Assembly (NCBI GenBank): GCA_951406725.2
Contig: OX597823.1
Location: forward strand, 84,940,001 to 85,004,000
Origin: Octopus vulgaris
Taxonomy: Eukaryota
Direction: 5' to 3'
DNA length: 64,000 nt
The position numbers were made by a program, and so were the translations under genes. How positions within the stretch are numbered: position 1 is the stretch's first letter; every line of letters begins with the position of its first letter. This document shows positions 1 to 13,116 of this stretch, piece by piece. Under the pieces are notes generated by a model. It did no database searches. It was not told where the DNA came from and saw nothing but the letters and a program-made list of their open reading frames with translations.

Positions 1-68
1 CGGGGCCGCGTGGAGCTTAGGTGTTTTGCTCATAAACACACACACATCACCCGGTCTGAGATTCGAGC
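1..68 (-). mobile_element. SINE family C fragment (tRNA-Arg-like head region), cut by the window edge
   Basis: gccgcgtggagcttaggtg...cataaacacac...ccggtctgagattcga matches the copy at 63095-63392. Confidence 0.75.
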
Positions 69-520
69 TAGAAATATAAGTAACCTGAAATTTAAAAAAA
101 AATATATTTTCTTGAACTTTAAAAGTTATAAGATCGGTCACAACATTTCCCTTGAATGAGATACCGGTGTCTTGCAAGGTTTAAGGCCTGCAGTTTTTAT
201 GTGAAAGAGCAAGTCGATTAAATCAGCTCTCGTATTTCACTAATATTTTACCTTGTCGACCTCACGGAATGCAGGTAAGGTTGACCTTGGCGGCATTTGA
301 ACTCAGATCGTAAGGACCTGCAAGAAATGCAGGTAAGCATTTAGTCTAACTTCCTAATGATTCTGTTAGAAACATAAGCAGGATGAATTTTTCTTGCTTT
401 TGTGTTTCTTTTTTTTTTTTTAGCCCTTTGGGATCACAAGGCCGCTTATTTGGTTTCCATTGCGTATAAATGACCAGCATCATAATGTTCTTCTTGATCG
501 AGACGCCAGTCCATTGCAAG

Positions 521-1086
521 ATTTAAGGCCCGTAGTTCTGAAGGGAGGGGCAAGTCGATTAAACCAGCCTCAGTACTTGACAGATATTTTATTTTATCGA
601 CCCCGAAATGAAGGCAAATTTGACTTCAGCGGGATTTTGAACTCAGAACATAAAGAGACATAGGAAATACCAATTTCTTTACTACCCACAAGGGGCTAAA
701 CACAGAGAGGACAAACAAACAGACAAACGGATTAAGTCGATTATATCGACCCCAGTGCGTAACTGGTACTTAATTTACCGAACCCGAAAGGATGAAAGGC
801 AAAGTCGGCCTCGGTGGAATTTGAACTCAGAACGTAACAGCAGACGAAATACCTATTTCTTTACTACCCACAAGGGGCTAAACACAGAGGGGACAAACAA
901 GGACAGACAACGGATTAAGTCGATTATATCGACTCTAGTGCATAACTGGTACTTATTTAATCGACCTCGAAAGGATGAAAGGCAAAGTCGACCTCGGCGG
1001 AATTTGAACTCAGAACGTAACGGCAGACGAAATACGGCTACGCATTTCGCCCGGCGTGCTAACGATTCTGCCAGCTCGATGCCTTT
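521..1086 (-). mobile_element. SINE family A with three internal ~187-bp tandem core units
   Basis: Repeated gatgaaaggcaaagtcgacctcggcggaatttgaactcagaac; head ...cgtgctaacgattctgccagctc at 1055-1078; a degenerate copy lies at 175-370. Confidence 0.85.
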
Positions 1087-1771
1087 AAACAACAGGAATG
1101 ATATTAAATAGTACGTAATTTTAACCTTTAATTTTCGTTGAAGGTTTCGAATTCTCCGATTGATCTGGTTCTTATATCTCTACTTCCTTATCGGCATTGT
1201 TCTGTGTCCCTAAAACATAATATACAACTTTCAACATGTCTCTTACCTACGTATCAATGGACACCTCGTTGTATGAACTCTGTTGATTAACGAGTGCTTC
1301 ATTGGCTTGGCATCCTGAGTTCAAATCCAACCAACGAGCGTGTTTTATATTTGCATCTGTGACTCGCAGATGCGAGATGGTTAAGATATTACCCAACCAG
1401 ATAATGTGAGATGAGTTTAGTTAGATCGCTTGAAGAAATTTATCAAGGCGCAGACAGCTCTGTGAAGCTAAGAAGCTTATTATGCAACCACGTGGTTTTG
1501 CGTTCAGTTTTAGAGTATCACTGTAACAAGTGTCTTCTACTATGGAGTAGACTGGTCAATGCTCCGTGAGTGGATTTGTTACGTCCGAAACTATAAAGAC
1601 GATGTGCTTCTCGACTGAAGACTGAAAACTCCGAATGTTCCGCCCTTGTTTTTTCCTGTCCTTTTTTGTACCACCTACTGTCCGAATGTTTTGTTGTCGC
1701 CTGTTAAGTTCTTGTTCCATTTTTTGTTTTGATTTTATATATATGTATATATATATGTGTGTGTGTGTTTT

Positions 1772-2127
1772 CTTTTATTTGTTTTAGTCAAATTACTGCG
1801 GCCATGCTGGAGCATCGCCTTTAGTCGAACAAATCGACCCTAAAACTTATTTTTTGTAAACTTAGTACTTTTTCTGTCTCTCTCGCTGAACCACTAAATT
1901 ACGTAAACACACCAACATCGGTTGTCAAGCGATGGTGGTGGAGGGGGGGACAAACAGAGACAACAAACATACATATATACGACGGACTTCTTTCAGTTTC
2001 CATCTACCAAATGCACTCACAAGGCTTTGGTCGGCCTGAGGCTATAGTAGAAGACACTTGTCCAAGGTGCCACGCAGTGGGACCGAGCCTGCAACCATGT
2101 GGTTGGGAATCAAGCTCGTTACTACAG
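1772..2127 (-). mobile_element. SINE family B (head + microsatellite linker + tail)
   Basis: Reverse complement of the intact copy at 37121-37527. Confidence 0.85.
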
Positions 2128-2548
2128 TGCTATATATATTCTGTTAATTGAATATTTTGATTAACGGATTCTTATATGAAGTACTAAAGAGAGGATAGCT
2201 TGGGCTATACTTATCCCATCAATTTATGTATTCTTTTATCCTCTTACATGTTTCAGTCGTAAGGCTGTGACCATGCTGGAGCACTCATACACGCACACGT
2301 ATATATGTATGTATGAATTTGTCTTTGTGTCTGCATTCGTTCCGTGACTTAGCATTTTGGCCAAAGGAGCGATTGAATGAGTACCAAATTTTAAAAAATA
2401 TATTTAAGTACTGATGTTGATTTTTTCTAGTAAAACCTTCTAAGGCGGTGCTCTAGCATGGCCGCAGTCCACTGACTGAAACAAGTAAAAAGATATGAAA
2501 GCCTCAAGTACTAGAGATGTACATATTGTTCAAAACGGAAGCCCTTAC

Positions 2549-2572
2549 CTGCAGATTATAGAGAAATAGAAG
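2549..2572 (-). other. Candidate 24-nt microexon or recursive (AG|GT) splice site
   Basis: Minus strand ttttatttcag|CTTCTATTTCTCTATAATCTGCAG|gtaagg; phase 0 reads LLFLYNLQ. Confidence 0.3.
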
Positions 2573-2889
2573 CTGAAATAAAAGCACTGCAAAGCCATCA
2601 TTTATAGTCATGTGATCATTGGACAAAAAGGTTCTCTTTCGTGCACAAAGATTGCCACAATGTAAAATATATTCAAATATCCGTTCGATATGGTCCCGTT
2701 AAATCGATTTTATTTCTATCTTAAACAGAACTGGTATGGTTGAATCTTTGAAATATACAAACGAAAATTTCTTTCTTTAATATGTGCGGAAACTATGGCA
2801 TTTTTATATAATTCACATCACTTTATATGATGTTAACGGAAATACAAAGATATATATGTACTTAAGAAGCTTTATCTGAATCTATTAGC

Positions 2890-3203
2890 CTCTCTCCCTT
2901 TCTTTCTCGCTCCTCTCTCTCTTTCTCTGTCTCTCTCTCTCATTTTCGTTCGCTCTCTCTCTCTTTCTTCTCTCTATACATAATATTATATAGATATATT
3001 GAGATGGATATGCATACATATTTATAAATATATGGCTGTGTATTTATACACACACACGTGTGTGTGTGTATGTTTATGCATGTGTATGTATTTATATAAA
3101 CATATATATACATGCAGTTTGATGTAAGCGTATATACGTATGTATGTTTATCTATTTCTCTGTCTGTCATTTCCTACTTCCTCTCTCTCTCTACGTATGT
3201 GTG

Positions 3204-3234
<31 letters not shown>

Positions 3235-3306
3235 ATACTTATATATATATATACATATATATACATACATGCAAACATATATACATACGAGCGCCCACTC
3301 ACACAT

Positions 3307-3357
<51 letters not shown>

Positions 3358-3788
3358 AGCACATACGCAAGCATAAAACCACATAAACACATACACAGAT
3401 GCAGTTGTATATCACTCAGATCAAAATCGGTGCACGTTCGTACGCAACGAATTTAATGTGCATACATGCATGTGAACATATGTGCATGCGTGCGTGCGTG
3501 TGAACGCACACTTAGGTATGTGTATGCATATACATATGTATGTATGTATGTATGTATGTATGCATGTACGTATACATATATATATATATATATGTATGCA
3601 TGTATGTACGTATATATATATATATGTATGCATGTATGTACGTATATATATATATATATATATGTATGCATGTATGTACGTATATATATATATGTATGCA
3701 TGTATGTACGTATATATATATATGTATGCATGTATGTACGTACGTATGCATGTATGTACGTATATATATATGTATGCATGTATGTACG

Positions 3789-3820
<32 letters not shown>

Positions 3821-3984
3821 TGTATGTACGTATATTATGTACGTATATATATATATATATATGCATGTATGTACGTATATATATATATATATGTGTGTTG
3901 TGTGTATGTGTGTGTATAGATATATATGTATATATACAAAGACATATATACATACATACATACATACATACACACATATATATA

Positions 3985-4020
<36 letters not shown>

Positions 4021-4925
4021 TGTATGTATGTATGTATGTATGTATGTATGTATGTATGTATGTATGTATGTATGTATGTATGTATGTATGTATGTATGTA
4101 TGTATGTATGTATGTATGTATGTACGTATGTCTTTGTATATACACATCTGTGTAGGGGTGTTATGAATTAACAATTTTCAAACGAAGTAGATATACCATT
4201 ATATGTTCCGGAAAAATCTTTCCATGTGCATTCACAAGTTGTGTAAGGGTATGGAAATGCGTATTAACTGTATTGATGTAGAAACAACGCGAGCACAATG
4301 GCTGGTAAAATGCAATAATAAGCTTGTATTCTCCAGCACGCTGAACACCTTTTGATGGACTGGCAATATCAATGTCGAAAATGGTGAACATCTTTTCAGC
4401 GTTTTGTCTAAATAAATGCTACGAACAAACAAAAAGTGGCCATTGTTGTACGTGTACGCGTGTCTGCGTGCGTGTATGTGATACGTATGCATCTCTGTGC
4501 ATCCCTGTTCGTCTCTGTGCATTTCTCTTTCTCTCTCTTTCCCCCCTCTCTCTCTCTCTTAAACTCTGTGTGTCTCCGTTGGTGTATGTGTATGTGCGTA
4601 TGCATGCGTGTATGTATGTATGTATGTATGTATGATGTATGTGTGTATGTGTGTATGTATAAGTGTCTATGCTTTCGTATGTGGGTGTGTATATAATTCG
4701 ATGTGAATGTACGCGTGCTTGTATGTGTGTGTCTGTGTATGCGTGTCTGTGTATGTGTATATGCGTATATGCATCTCTGTGTACGTGCGTGTGTGTGTGT
4801 ATATGTATATGGTTGTTTGGTGTTTGTATCTATGTGTATATATCTATATATCTATTGAATGTGTGTGAGTGTTCTGAAGATGTGTATACATATATACATA
4901 CACACACACACACACACACACACAC

Positions 4926-4960
<35 letters not shown>

Positions 4961-5240
4961 CATATATATACTTACACATACACACATATATATATGTGTA
5001 TATATATATATATACATTTACCCACAAACACACATATCCCTACACACTCACATACATGGATATATATATATATACATACACACATACACGTACATACACA
5101 ATATGTGGGTGGGAATATGCATTTGAAGTGTGACATTGCGTGACATTTTGTGTGTGTACAAGTGTATCTATTGTGTGCATTTATGAATGGCTGTGTGCTT
5201 GCATGAGTGGGTGCTTCTGTGCATGTGTTTGAGTGCATAT

Positions 5241-5302
<62 letters not shown>
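2890..5302. repeat. Compound microsatellite field (CT, CA, TA, TATG, TG)
   Basis: Direct reading; includes (TATG)n at about 3990-4125 and a ~30-bp higher-order unit at 3590-3880. Confidence 0.95.
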
Positions 5303-5307
<5 letters not shown>

Positions 5308-5379
5308 CAGTCACCAATGCTGCCCAATAGCGGCAAAAGCAGCAGCCAATACAACTCTCTTTACAAATAACAATAGCCG

Positions 5380-5398
5380 AATGAACAACAACAAAAAC

Positions 5399-5434
<36 letters not shown>

Positions 5435-5658
5435 GAAATACAATAGCCACAACAGCACGGATAATACCAACATCATCAGCAGCACTAGCAGCATCACATG
5501 CTGCCATAATCAGCAGCAGCGGCATCAACAGCAGCAGCATCGTGTATTAACGCTATGACCACTGCCGCCGCTGCCACCACCACCACCACCACCACCACCA
5601 CTACCACCACCAAAACAACTGACCAAAAACTGCATCGTAAAACAAAGCACCACTACTA

Positions 5659-5689
<31 letters not shown>

Positions 5690-5814
5690 CGTCGCTGCTG
5701 CTACTATTGCTACTCCATATATTGATGGTGGTGGTGATGACGACGCACACGGCAATGATGATGATGATCAAGATGATATGATTGTGGCGGCGGCGGTGGT
5801 GGTGGTGATGGTGG

Positions 5815-5854
<40 letters not shown>

Positions 5855-6015
5855 ATATGATGATGATGATAATAGTAGCGTTTGTAGTGATGGTGATAAT
5901 GACGACGTCGTTGATGTTGAAGGCGACGGCGACTGCCTGAACGATGATAATAATGGTAATGATAACCACAACGAACACGACGACGACGATGACAACAACG
6001 ATGATGATGATGATA
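5380..6015. repeat. Mixed trinucleotide repeat tract (CTA, CAG, CAC, GAT, GAC)
   Basis: Direct reading; gives homopolymeric pseudo-ORFs in several frames. Confidence 0.9.
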
Positions 6016-7802
6016 TATTGAAAGCTTCCATAGCTGTTGTCTGCATTGATCTCTCTACAGCCTAACATGGCCAACAAACAACAATCACACGGCCATCATT
6101 TTTCCATATTATCTTTCCTATTTGGACAGCGGCTCTCGTGTTGAATCGCCATGCTTGATTCTGTTATTTCGTTAAAAAGCAGACATTTTAGCTAGTTGCC
6201 AAATAAATGGCTTAACAAACAATAATAAACACATTTACCAATGAAATACATGGCTGTTCTCTGAACATGATTGCATTAAATTTATGAACTAAAAAAAGAA
6301 AAGAAAAAAAAGGAAAACTTAAAAATAAAATGAAATGGTAATTAAATAGAATAAGCGAAGTCATGGCTGTGTGGTTACGAAGCTTGCTTTGCAACCAAAT
6401 GTTTTGGTCTTCAGCCATACTGTGCGGTACCTTGGGCAAGTATCTTCTGCCATGTATTCGCACCCCTCCTTGTGAATGAATATGGTATAAGGGAAATATG
6501 TATGGAAGGTCCGCGAAACTGGTTGGCTATGTCGACATTTTGCTTCATAAATATATTTCTTCAGTACATTTTCCTTTTTAATATTTACTGTTATTCCCCA
6601 TACTGAATTTTTTTCTATTTTCTTCTGTTTCTTCTATAGAAAGCATTGTACTTAGAGCATCTTATAGCTCCTTCCGGGACATTGAAATCGAGTGTGTTTA
6701 TTGCAGAAAGCATTTAAATGCTTTGTGTTTGGAATGAATCGATTTAAATGTCACAAACATGCACTAAACAATAAATATACATTTCATTTTGAATGGCTCC
6801 GAGGAACTTTAAAATATCGTACAATACAAACACTTAATTCTGAGTATAATGTAGCTTATAGCCGAAACAGCTGTAAGCTAACGATAGTCATTATCTAATC
6901 CCTGTTCTTTCGACATTCATTACCATGTGTGTATGTGTGTGAGAAAGAGAGACAGAGAGAGTGTGAGTGTCTGTGAGAGAGAGAGAGAAAGAGAGAAAGG
7001 GAGTGTAGGCCAAAGAGGCTACCATTGGTTTCATGCATTGAAAATGTCTCTCAACAATTATTAAGCTTGCCACGTGCAGAGAGAATGAGACAGAGTGATA
7101 TTGTGCAAGATCATTGGAGCAAGTGTAAAAGAAAGATATTTATGCTCACCTCACAATGCAAATGAAGAAACAATATAACACACGTATTGATTTTTGAATT
7201 TGAGAGATCGTAGATTAAATAACGGATGTTAAGGTTAATTATCATCATATTAATTAGACTTGGAACGCAATGCACTCAGTTTGTCATTTCACGTCTGCTG
7301 GTGAAACACAGGGCTAATGGCGGCCATAATTCTGCCTTCATCAGCAAGAATGAATGACAAAATGGCGTTGAATACGTTAGGCTATCTATGGATGTATGTA
7401 TGTATACACTCACGCGCACACGCACATATATTCTTCGTAGTATGTCGTAATAGCATTTCACGTATGAAACTTTCTATATTGTCCTACGTACCATAGAGAT
7501 TTAAGGCAGCGTCACTTTTCTTACTCTCCACAAACGAGCATCTTTTCACACAATTTTTTGCACTTACGTCTGAAACTAATAAGCTATATATAAAAATGTT
7601 ATTCATGAGAGAAAACACACGCACACACAGATACAGACATGCTTGCGCACATTCGCCCATAAGTACACATATCAATAACACAGGATATATACAGGTATAT
7701 ATATATATATGCATACATGTATTTGATGATTGATTAAGCTACTTCAATGCGGTGGCCCAGCATGGCGGCAGTACATAGACTGAACACTAAGTTAAAACGC
7801 GC

Positions 7803-7867
<65 letters not shown>

Positions 7868-8035
7868 GTGTGTGTTTGCATATATACACGTATGACTACA
7901 AGGATAATGTCGTTATGAACAGCACAACACAATGACACCACTCGACTGATAGCGCTTGCTGAACCATGACAACGGCAGCTGACACGCATCCGACATATGC
8001 CACATGGATATATCGCAGCACCACACACATGCTCA

Positions 8036-8087
<52 letters not shown>

Positions 8088-8916
8088 AATCTATCTACCT
8101 CTGTATATATATATATACATCGTAACTGATTTTGTTCGCACATCTAGTCGTGACTGACCTACTGCCTGCCAAACCCTGTATGTACTAAAGTCTGAGGTAC
8201 AAATCCGTTTGATCATTATTCAAATTATAAAATATTAATCGTTGACACAAAAAGATCAGTCATATGTTGCCACTGCGTAATAAAATTGCACTCGACTACA
8301 GCAGAAAGATGACGTATACTTGACTATTAACAAGTCATCGTAGCTCTCCCCCCATTCTCTCGCTCTTTCTCTCTCCCTTCTCTCTATCATTCCCTCTATT
8401 TGTGACCCACACTCTGTCAAATATGGTCTGTTCCAGGGCGCAGTTTCGTTTCTTACAGGTTTTGTTATTCCTCAGACACATCCTGCAAGCATGCCCGCTC
8501 GCATGGATATTATACCACACTTCAATCCACTGTAAACTTCTCTCTCAATGCGGCTAACTACACAAAACCTGGAACCAGCGATAGCATCCTCACCCTTACG
8601 GGGCTTGCTTTCGCTCAGGCACATCGGACCCACTCGTCTTTAGATCTCTCGATCCTTCAATATCTCGATCCCTCGATCTCTTGGCACCCTTGATGCGTCC
8701 AGCTCCGGGTATCTTCTTCTTGCTCATGTCTTTCCCAAAGATGTTGCCATATTAAACGAAACATTAATCTGATCACTCACACTAGTCCCATAGGGCCTCC
8801 AATGGTATTTGGATCTGACTTTTTCTCCAGATTCACCAAACGAAATAAAGAAAAACCTTCACTGTTTCCATGAAATTTTACATCGAAATTTTTCCTTAAC
8901 CTAATCATGCTAATTG

Positions 8917-9226
8917 TGGAGGCGCAATAGCCCAGTGGTTAGGGCAGCGGACTCGCGGTCGGAGGATAGCGGTCTCCATTCCCAGACGGGGCGTTGTGTG
9001 TTTATTGAGCGAAAACACCAAAAAGCTCCACGAGACTCCGGCCGGGGGTGGTGGCGACCCCTGTTGTACTCTTTCACCACAACTTTCTCTCACTCTCTCT
9101 TACTGTTTCTTGAGTAACGCTGCGATAGAGTGGCGTCTCGTCCAGCTGGGGGAACACATACGCCACAGAAATCGGGATACCGGGCCCATGAGCCTGGCTA
9201 GGCTTGAAAAGGGCGACGTTCATCGT
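8917..9226 (+). mobile_element. SINE family C with V-domain-like tail and 15-bp TSD
   Basis: tRNA-like head ggaggcgcaatagcccagtggttagggcagcggactcgcggtc; TSD taatcatgctaattg at 8902-8916 and 9227-9241. Confidence 0.9.
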
Positions 9227-9547
9227 TAATCATGCTAATTGCATCGCATTCAGCATCATAAAGAACAGTCACTGCACATTTAATAGGCGCAGGTATAGCT
9301 CTGCTGTTAAGACGTTCGCATTGCAATCACATGGTTTTGTATCCAGTTCCACTGTGCGGCGCTTGAGGCGACTCTTTTTTTCATTTCTCCGGGCAGAGTA
9401 ATGTCATGTGCAGTAATTTAGTACTCGGAAATTGTGTGCAAGTTAACGTGTATGTACACACACACACACACACACACACACAGAGGGAAAAAACAACTTG
9501 TTTTAAATCTGTCAGCGTGAGATATATAGTAACAGTACTGAATAGAG

Positions 9548-9672
9548 AAGTTTATTAGTCAACAGAATGTGGTTGTCCTATAAAAGACATCGTTACTGTC
9601 GTTTTTCTGGGGCTTAAGCAACAGTAGCATCGTCCTTTATAGGATCACCACATTCTGTTAGCAAATTAACTT
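9548..9672. repeat. Imperfect foldback (~52-bp arms) next to (TA)n
   Basis: aacagaatgtggttgtcctataaa pairs with tttataggatcaccacattctgtt. Confidence 0.85.
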
Positions 9673-9676
9673 TACT

Positions 9677-9726
<50 letters not shown>

Positions 9727-9820
9727 TAATAGTAGGGAATATAAAATTCCAAGGCAACAGGAGAAAACAAACTCAATTTACTCATAACGCCTTTATATTG
9801 TAAATTTATTTTATATGTTA

Positions 9821-9938
9821 TTGAGACCTGAAGAGTGGGTATGTATCGTTGGATCGAAGAAATATTAATTTTTGAGATTTTCGATTTGATATGGTCGATT
9901 TGAATACATCGTCATGAAACACGAGTCGTCGTTTTAAT
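9821..9938 (+). ncRNA. Type I hammerhead ribozyme motif with long stem II, inside a ~360-bp microsatellite-flanked element (9720-10080)
   Basis: GAC-CUGAAGA(9828-9834)-GUGG..AUGUAU..AUACAU..UCAU-GAA-AC-ACGA-GU-C(9927)-GUC; stem I GAC/GUC, stem III AC/GU, GUC cleavage triplet. Confidence 0.55.
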
Positions 9939-10359
9939 GTGTATATTTTTAATTTGTATTATTTAGTATAGAATTTTTTAGTACTATATTAATAATAATA
10001 TATTTAAACTTATATTTTACTATAGATAATATCTTTCATTATTAATTGAATTACTTTATGGTGTGTCTGTCCCTTAATTCTCTCTCTCTCTCTCTCTCTC
10101 TGTATATATATATATGTATATGTATAAGAGTTTTGTCTGTAAACTGCTGGGAATGACATATCACTATGTGTATGCATTATCACACCGACTGAAATGACGG
10201 GAGAATCTAAGGAAAGACATTTTTAATCAATCACCCGAAGAGGTGCCTTTTACACCATGGTTGCAAGATAATGGTAGCGTAAAATGTCAACAATGTCCCA
10301 AGGGCGTAAGAATGTGTGGAAACAATTCCAATTAATAAAGAATGTCGTTTATTCTCTCA

Positions 10360-10402
<43 letters not shown>

Positions 10403-10592
10403 CACAACAGAATATAAGAAATTTCCTCACGCAGGGTGGTTGTGAAGACAGCTAAGAAGATCGAGTAAATACCTTTCAGAACACGGAAAAAAGTCGTTAC
10501 CTTGCGTTCAATAATTTTTTATTCTCTGTAGAATACCGACTCACGCACTATTTATAAGATTATTCCAACACACACACACACACACACACATG

Positions 10593-10830
10593 TGGAGGCG
10601 TGTGGCTTAGCTGTTAGGGTGTTGGACTGATGATCGTTAGATTGTGTTTTCGTTTCCTGGACTGGGCGACGTGTTGTCTTCTTTAGCAAAACACTTAATT
10701 TCACGTTATTCCAATCCACTCAGATGGCAAAAATGAGTATTCCTCTGACGACCAAGCGTCTCATTTAGGATGGTGTAATGTATATGCGCCAGGCACCAGG
10801 GTATCTAGGGAACCGGCCCAAGGAATCTAT
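10593..10830 (+). mobile_element. SINE family D, degenerate, V-like tail
   Basis: ggaggcgtgtggcttagctgttagggtg...aaaacacttaatttcacgtt...ccactcagatggcaaaaatgag. Confidence 0.7.
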
Positions 10831-12597
10831 CTGATTCAACTCGATAAGAAACTTTATCCTGTACATATATGTAAAATACGTTTTCTAGAAGCTTGCTGGC
10901 TATTCGCGATATTAGTGTCTGATTAAGCACTAAGATTCTATGAATATCACTCACGAAGGTATCACTGCTATTTCCAGTTGTCGAACGTCTACCACTGACA
11001 AGGCCAAGGAAGGCCGATATCACCGTAATCTAGGCGGTGGCGATGACGGTTTACTTATCTCCTGCTAGCGATGTAAACACGAGTGTTTATATGCACCCAA
11101 AATCCATTGTAACTATCGCAGTTGTCACGCACACACACAACAACAACAACATACACACACACATACGCATGTATGTATAATTTAGCGGATTTCGAAATTT
11201 ATTAAAACAATGTAAGGAAGTATTGTGAAACAATGGCAATGATTAACAGGAAGACATTAATGAAATTAATGATAAAGTTTTTCCAGACAAAGGGTTGCAT
11301 AAAATATTTCGTTTTTTTTTTAAATTCAAGAAATTTAAATATCTAAAAATGAATAACATTAATAAAAAAATAAATGAATATGTTCTATTTTTGGTTCGTT
11401 GTCAAATCTCTTTAACTGTTCACTCACACACGTCATCCAGCTTATATTAAATGCCACCACGTGTGTCCCTTTTAACGCAGCACTCGCCTTGAAATTTAGC
11501 TTTTGTTTTCGTTGTTGTTGGCTTTCCTATAACAGAGGTTTGTGGATCGGCAGAATTAGTAGAATAGCTGGCAAAAATGATTTGCAATAATTAGCTAGGT
11601 CAATTTGCATTCTGTGTTCAAATCCCACCGGGACCTTTTTTATGTTTCATTCTTTCGGGTGTCGATAAATTAAAGCACCAGTTAAAAACATGGTTGATTT
11701 TAACTCACTGTTTACTCAACCGTAAAATTTGTGACTTCATTCCTATTTTAGTAACCAGTATTGAATGAAGACACATCACATAGGCTAGTGGTTAGGGGTA
11801 TTGCGATCGTCGGATCGTAGTTTCGATTCACGTGTAACCGGCTCTAAGAGTCCTGGGACACAAGACATTATTTATTAACTTGCAATCATTATAAGAGTAA
11901 ATTGACAGACAAATCTGGTAGTTATGTATTCTTTTCTTCTTTTTTCACATTATAAGTTCAAATCCCGCTTTGGCTTTAGCACTTATCATGCTGAATTCGA
12001 TAAAACTGATACCAGTCCAATGAAGAGGTAAATAGGATCATACATTCTCACGGAATGCGCAGCCTACAGTCATTGTTACAAATCTTTATTAGAAACGCAC
12101 CATGCCATCATTTTGCGACAAAATGATGGGGAGGAAACAGGGATGGCAAACTGAAGAGGAAAAATATGATAAATTAATATTTTTTTTTCCTGAAGGCGGT
12201 GAGCACGTCGGGCGAAATGCTTAGCAGTATTTCGTCTGTCTTTATGTTCTGAGTTCAAATTCCGCCGCGGTCGACTTTGCCTTTCATCCTTTCTTTTTTC
12301 TCTTCACAACTCTGCTTATTCTGTATCAAAGACATGGACAGTTTCTTGAGTGCTGCAACACACGAAATACTGGCCGGAACTTTTGGAACAAGTTGTATTT
12401 AATGCCTGCTGGTAGGTCTACTTTTGGTGAGCTTTCATTGAATAAGAGGTTATGTGTTTCCCTGCAATATTTTCTCTTTAAATTGATTATATCTATATGT
12501 ATGTATATTTTATTGTGCCTTGGGAAAGTCATTATGCCAATTAAAAATAGCACAAGCACAGGTTCAATTACACTTTATTGTAAGTTATTTTGTTTAA

Positions 12598-13116
12598 CCC
12601 CTTGACAACGGTTGACGCAAATATGCGATCTCACTTTTGCTTGCCTAACCGCGGTTAACGTAAATATACGATGCAGAGCTGCCCTACATCTATCGCGGAC
12701 TTTTTAGCGGCTGACGTATGTTTACGTTCGCTATCGTGTACTTTATCTCTCTAGGTGCGCCCGCTCGCCGTCTCGTGCATTATCTTAGCTATTTTAGGTT
12801 ACGTTCAAGTCATGAGACTAGCAGTAGACCAATGGCATGCGGATACTTTACGTGCATAATACCGTGTTTTGAGTTGTACCTCACTCAAGCTATTTTCTGA
12901 ACTTGAGCAGAATAACTCGTGCACATCATATTATGATAAATAGCTTCACATAGTTCGTTTTCATAAACCGGTAGACGTAAATGTACGACGCTATGTTATT
13001 GTAAGGGTGAACGTAAATAGACGCGAGCTTGTTGGCACTTGTGTGTTTGTGTGGCCTCAGATAAAAAAAAATGGAGCAGTGTCTTGTATACTTCGGGTAA
13101 TACCAATGTCAAGGGG
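12598..13116. mobile_element. Non-autonomous piggyBac-type DNA transposon (519 bp)
   Basis: TTAA TSDs (12594-12597, 13117-13120); TIRs CCCCTTGACAacGG / CCaaTGTCAAGGGG; repeated internal GTNRACGTAAAT-like motifs. Confidence 0.85.

Noticed and set aside
3453-4174. Long ORFs of 200-230 aa (YIHT/MYVC repeats), and similar ORFs at 49-55 kb
   Set aside because: Translations of stop-free TA/TATG/CA microsatellites, open in several frames on both strands
5310-5352. Three CCAAT boxes within about 45 bp
   Set aside because: No other promoter evidence; lies at the edge of low-complexity sequence
8410-8600. Possible L1/Tx1 ORF2 cysteine-motif remnant on the minus strand; also a Tc1-like PMDF remnant near 56513
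   Set aside because: Only a few residues match; insufficient without a homology search
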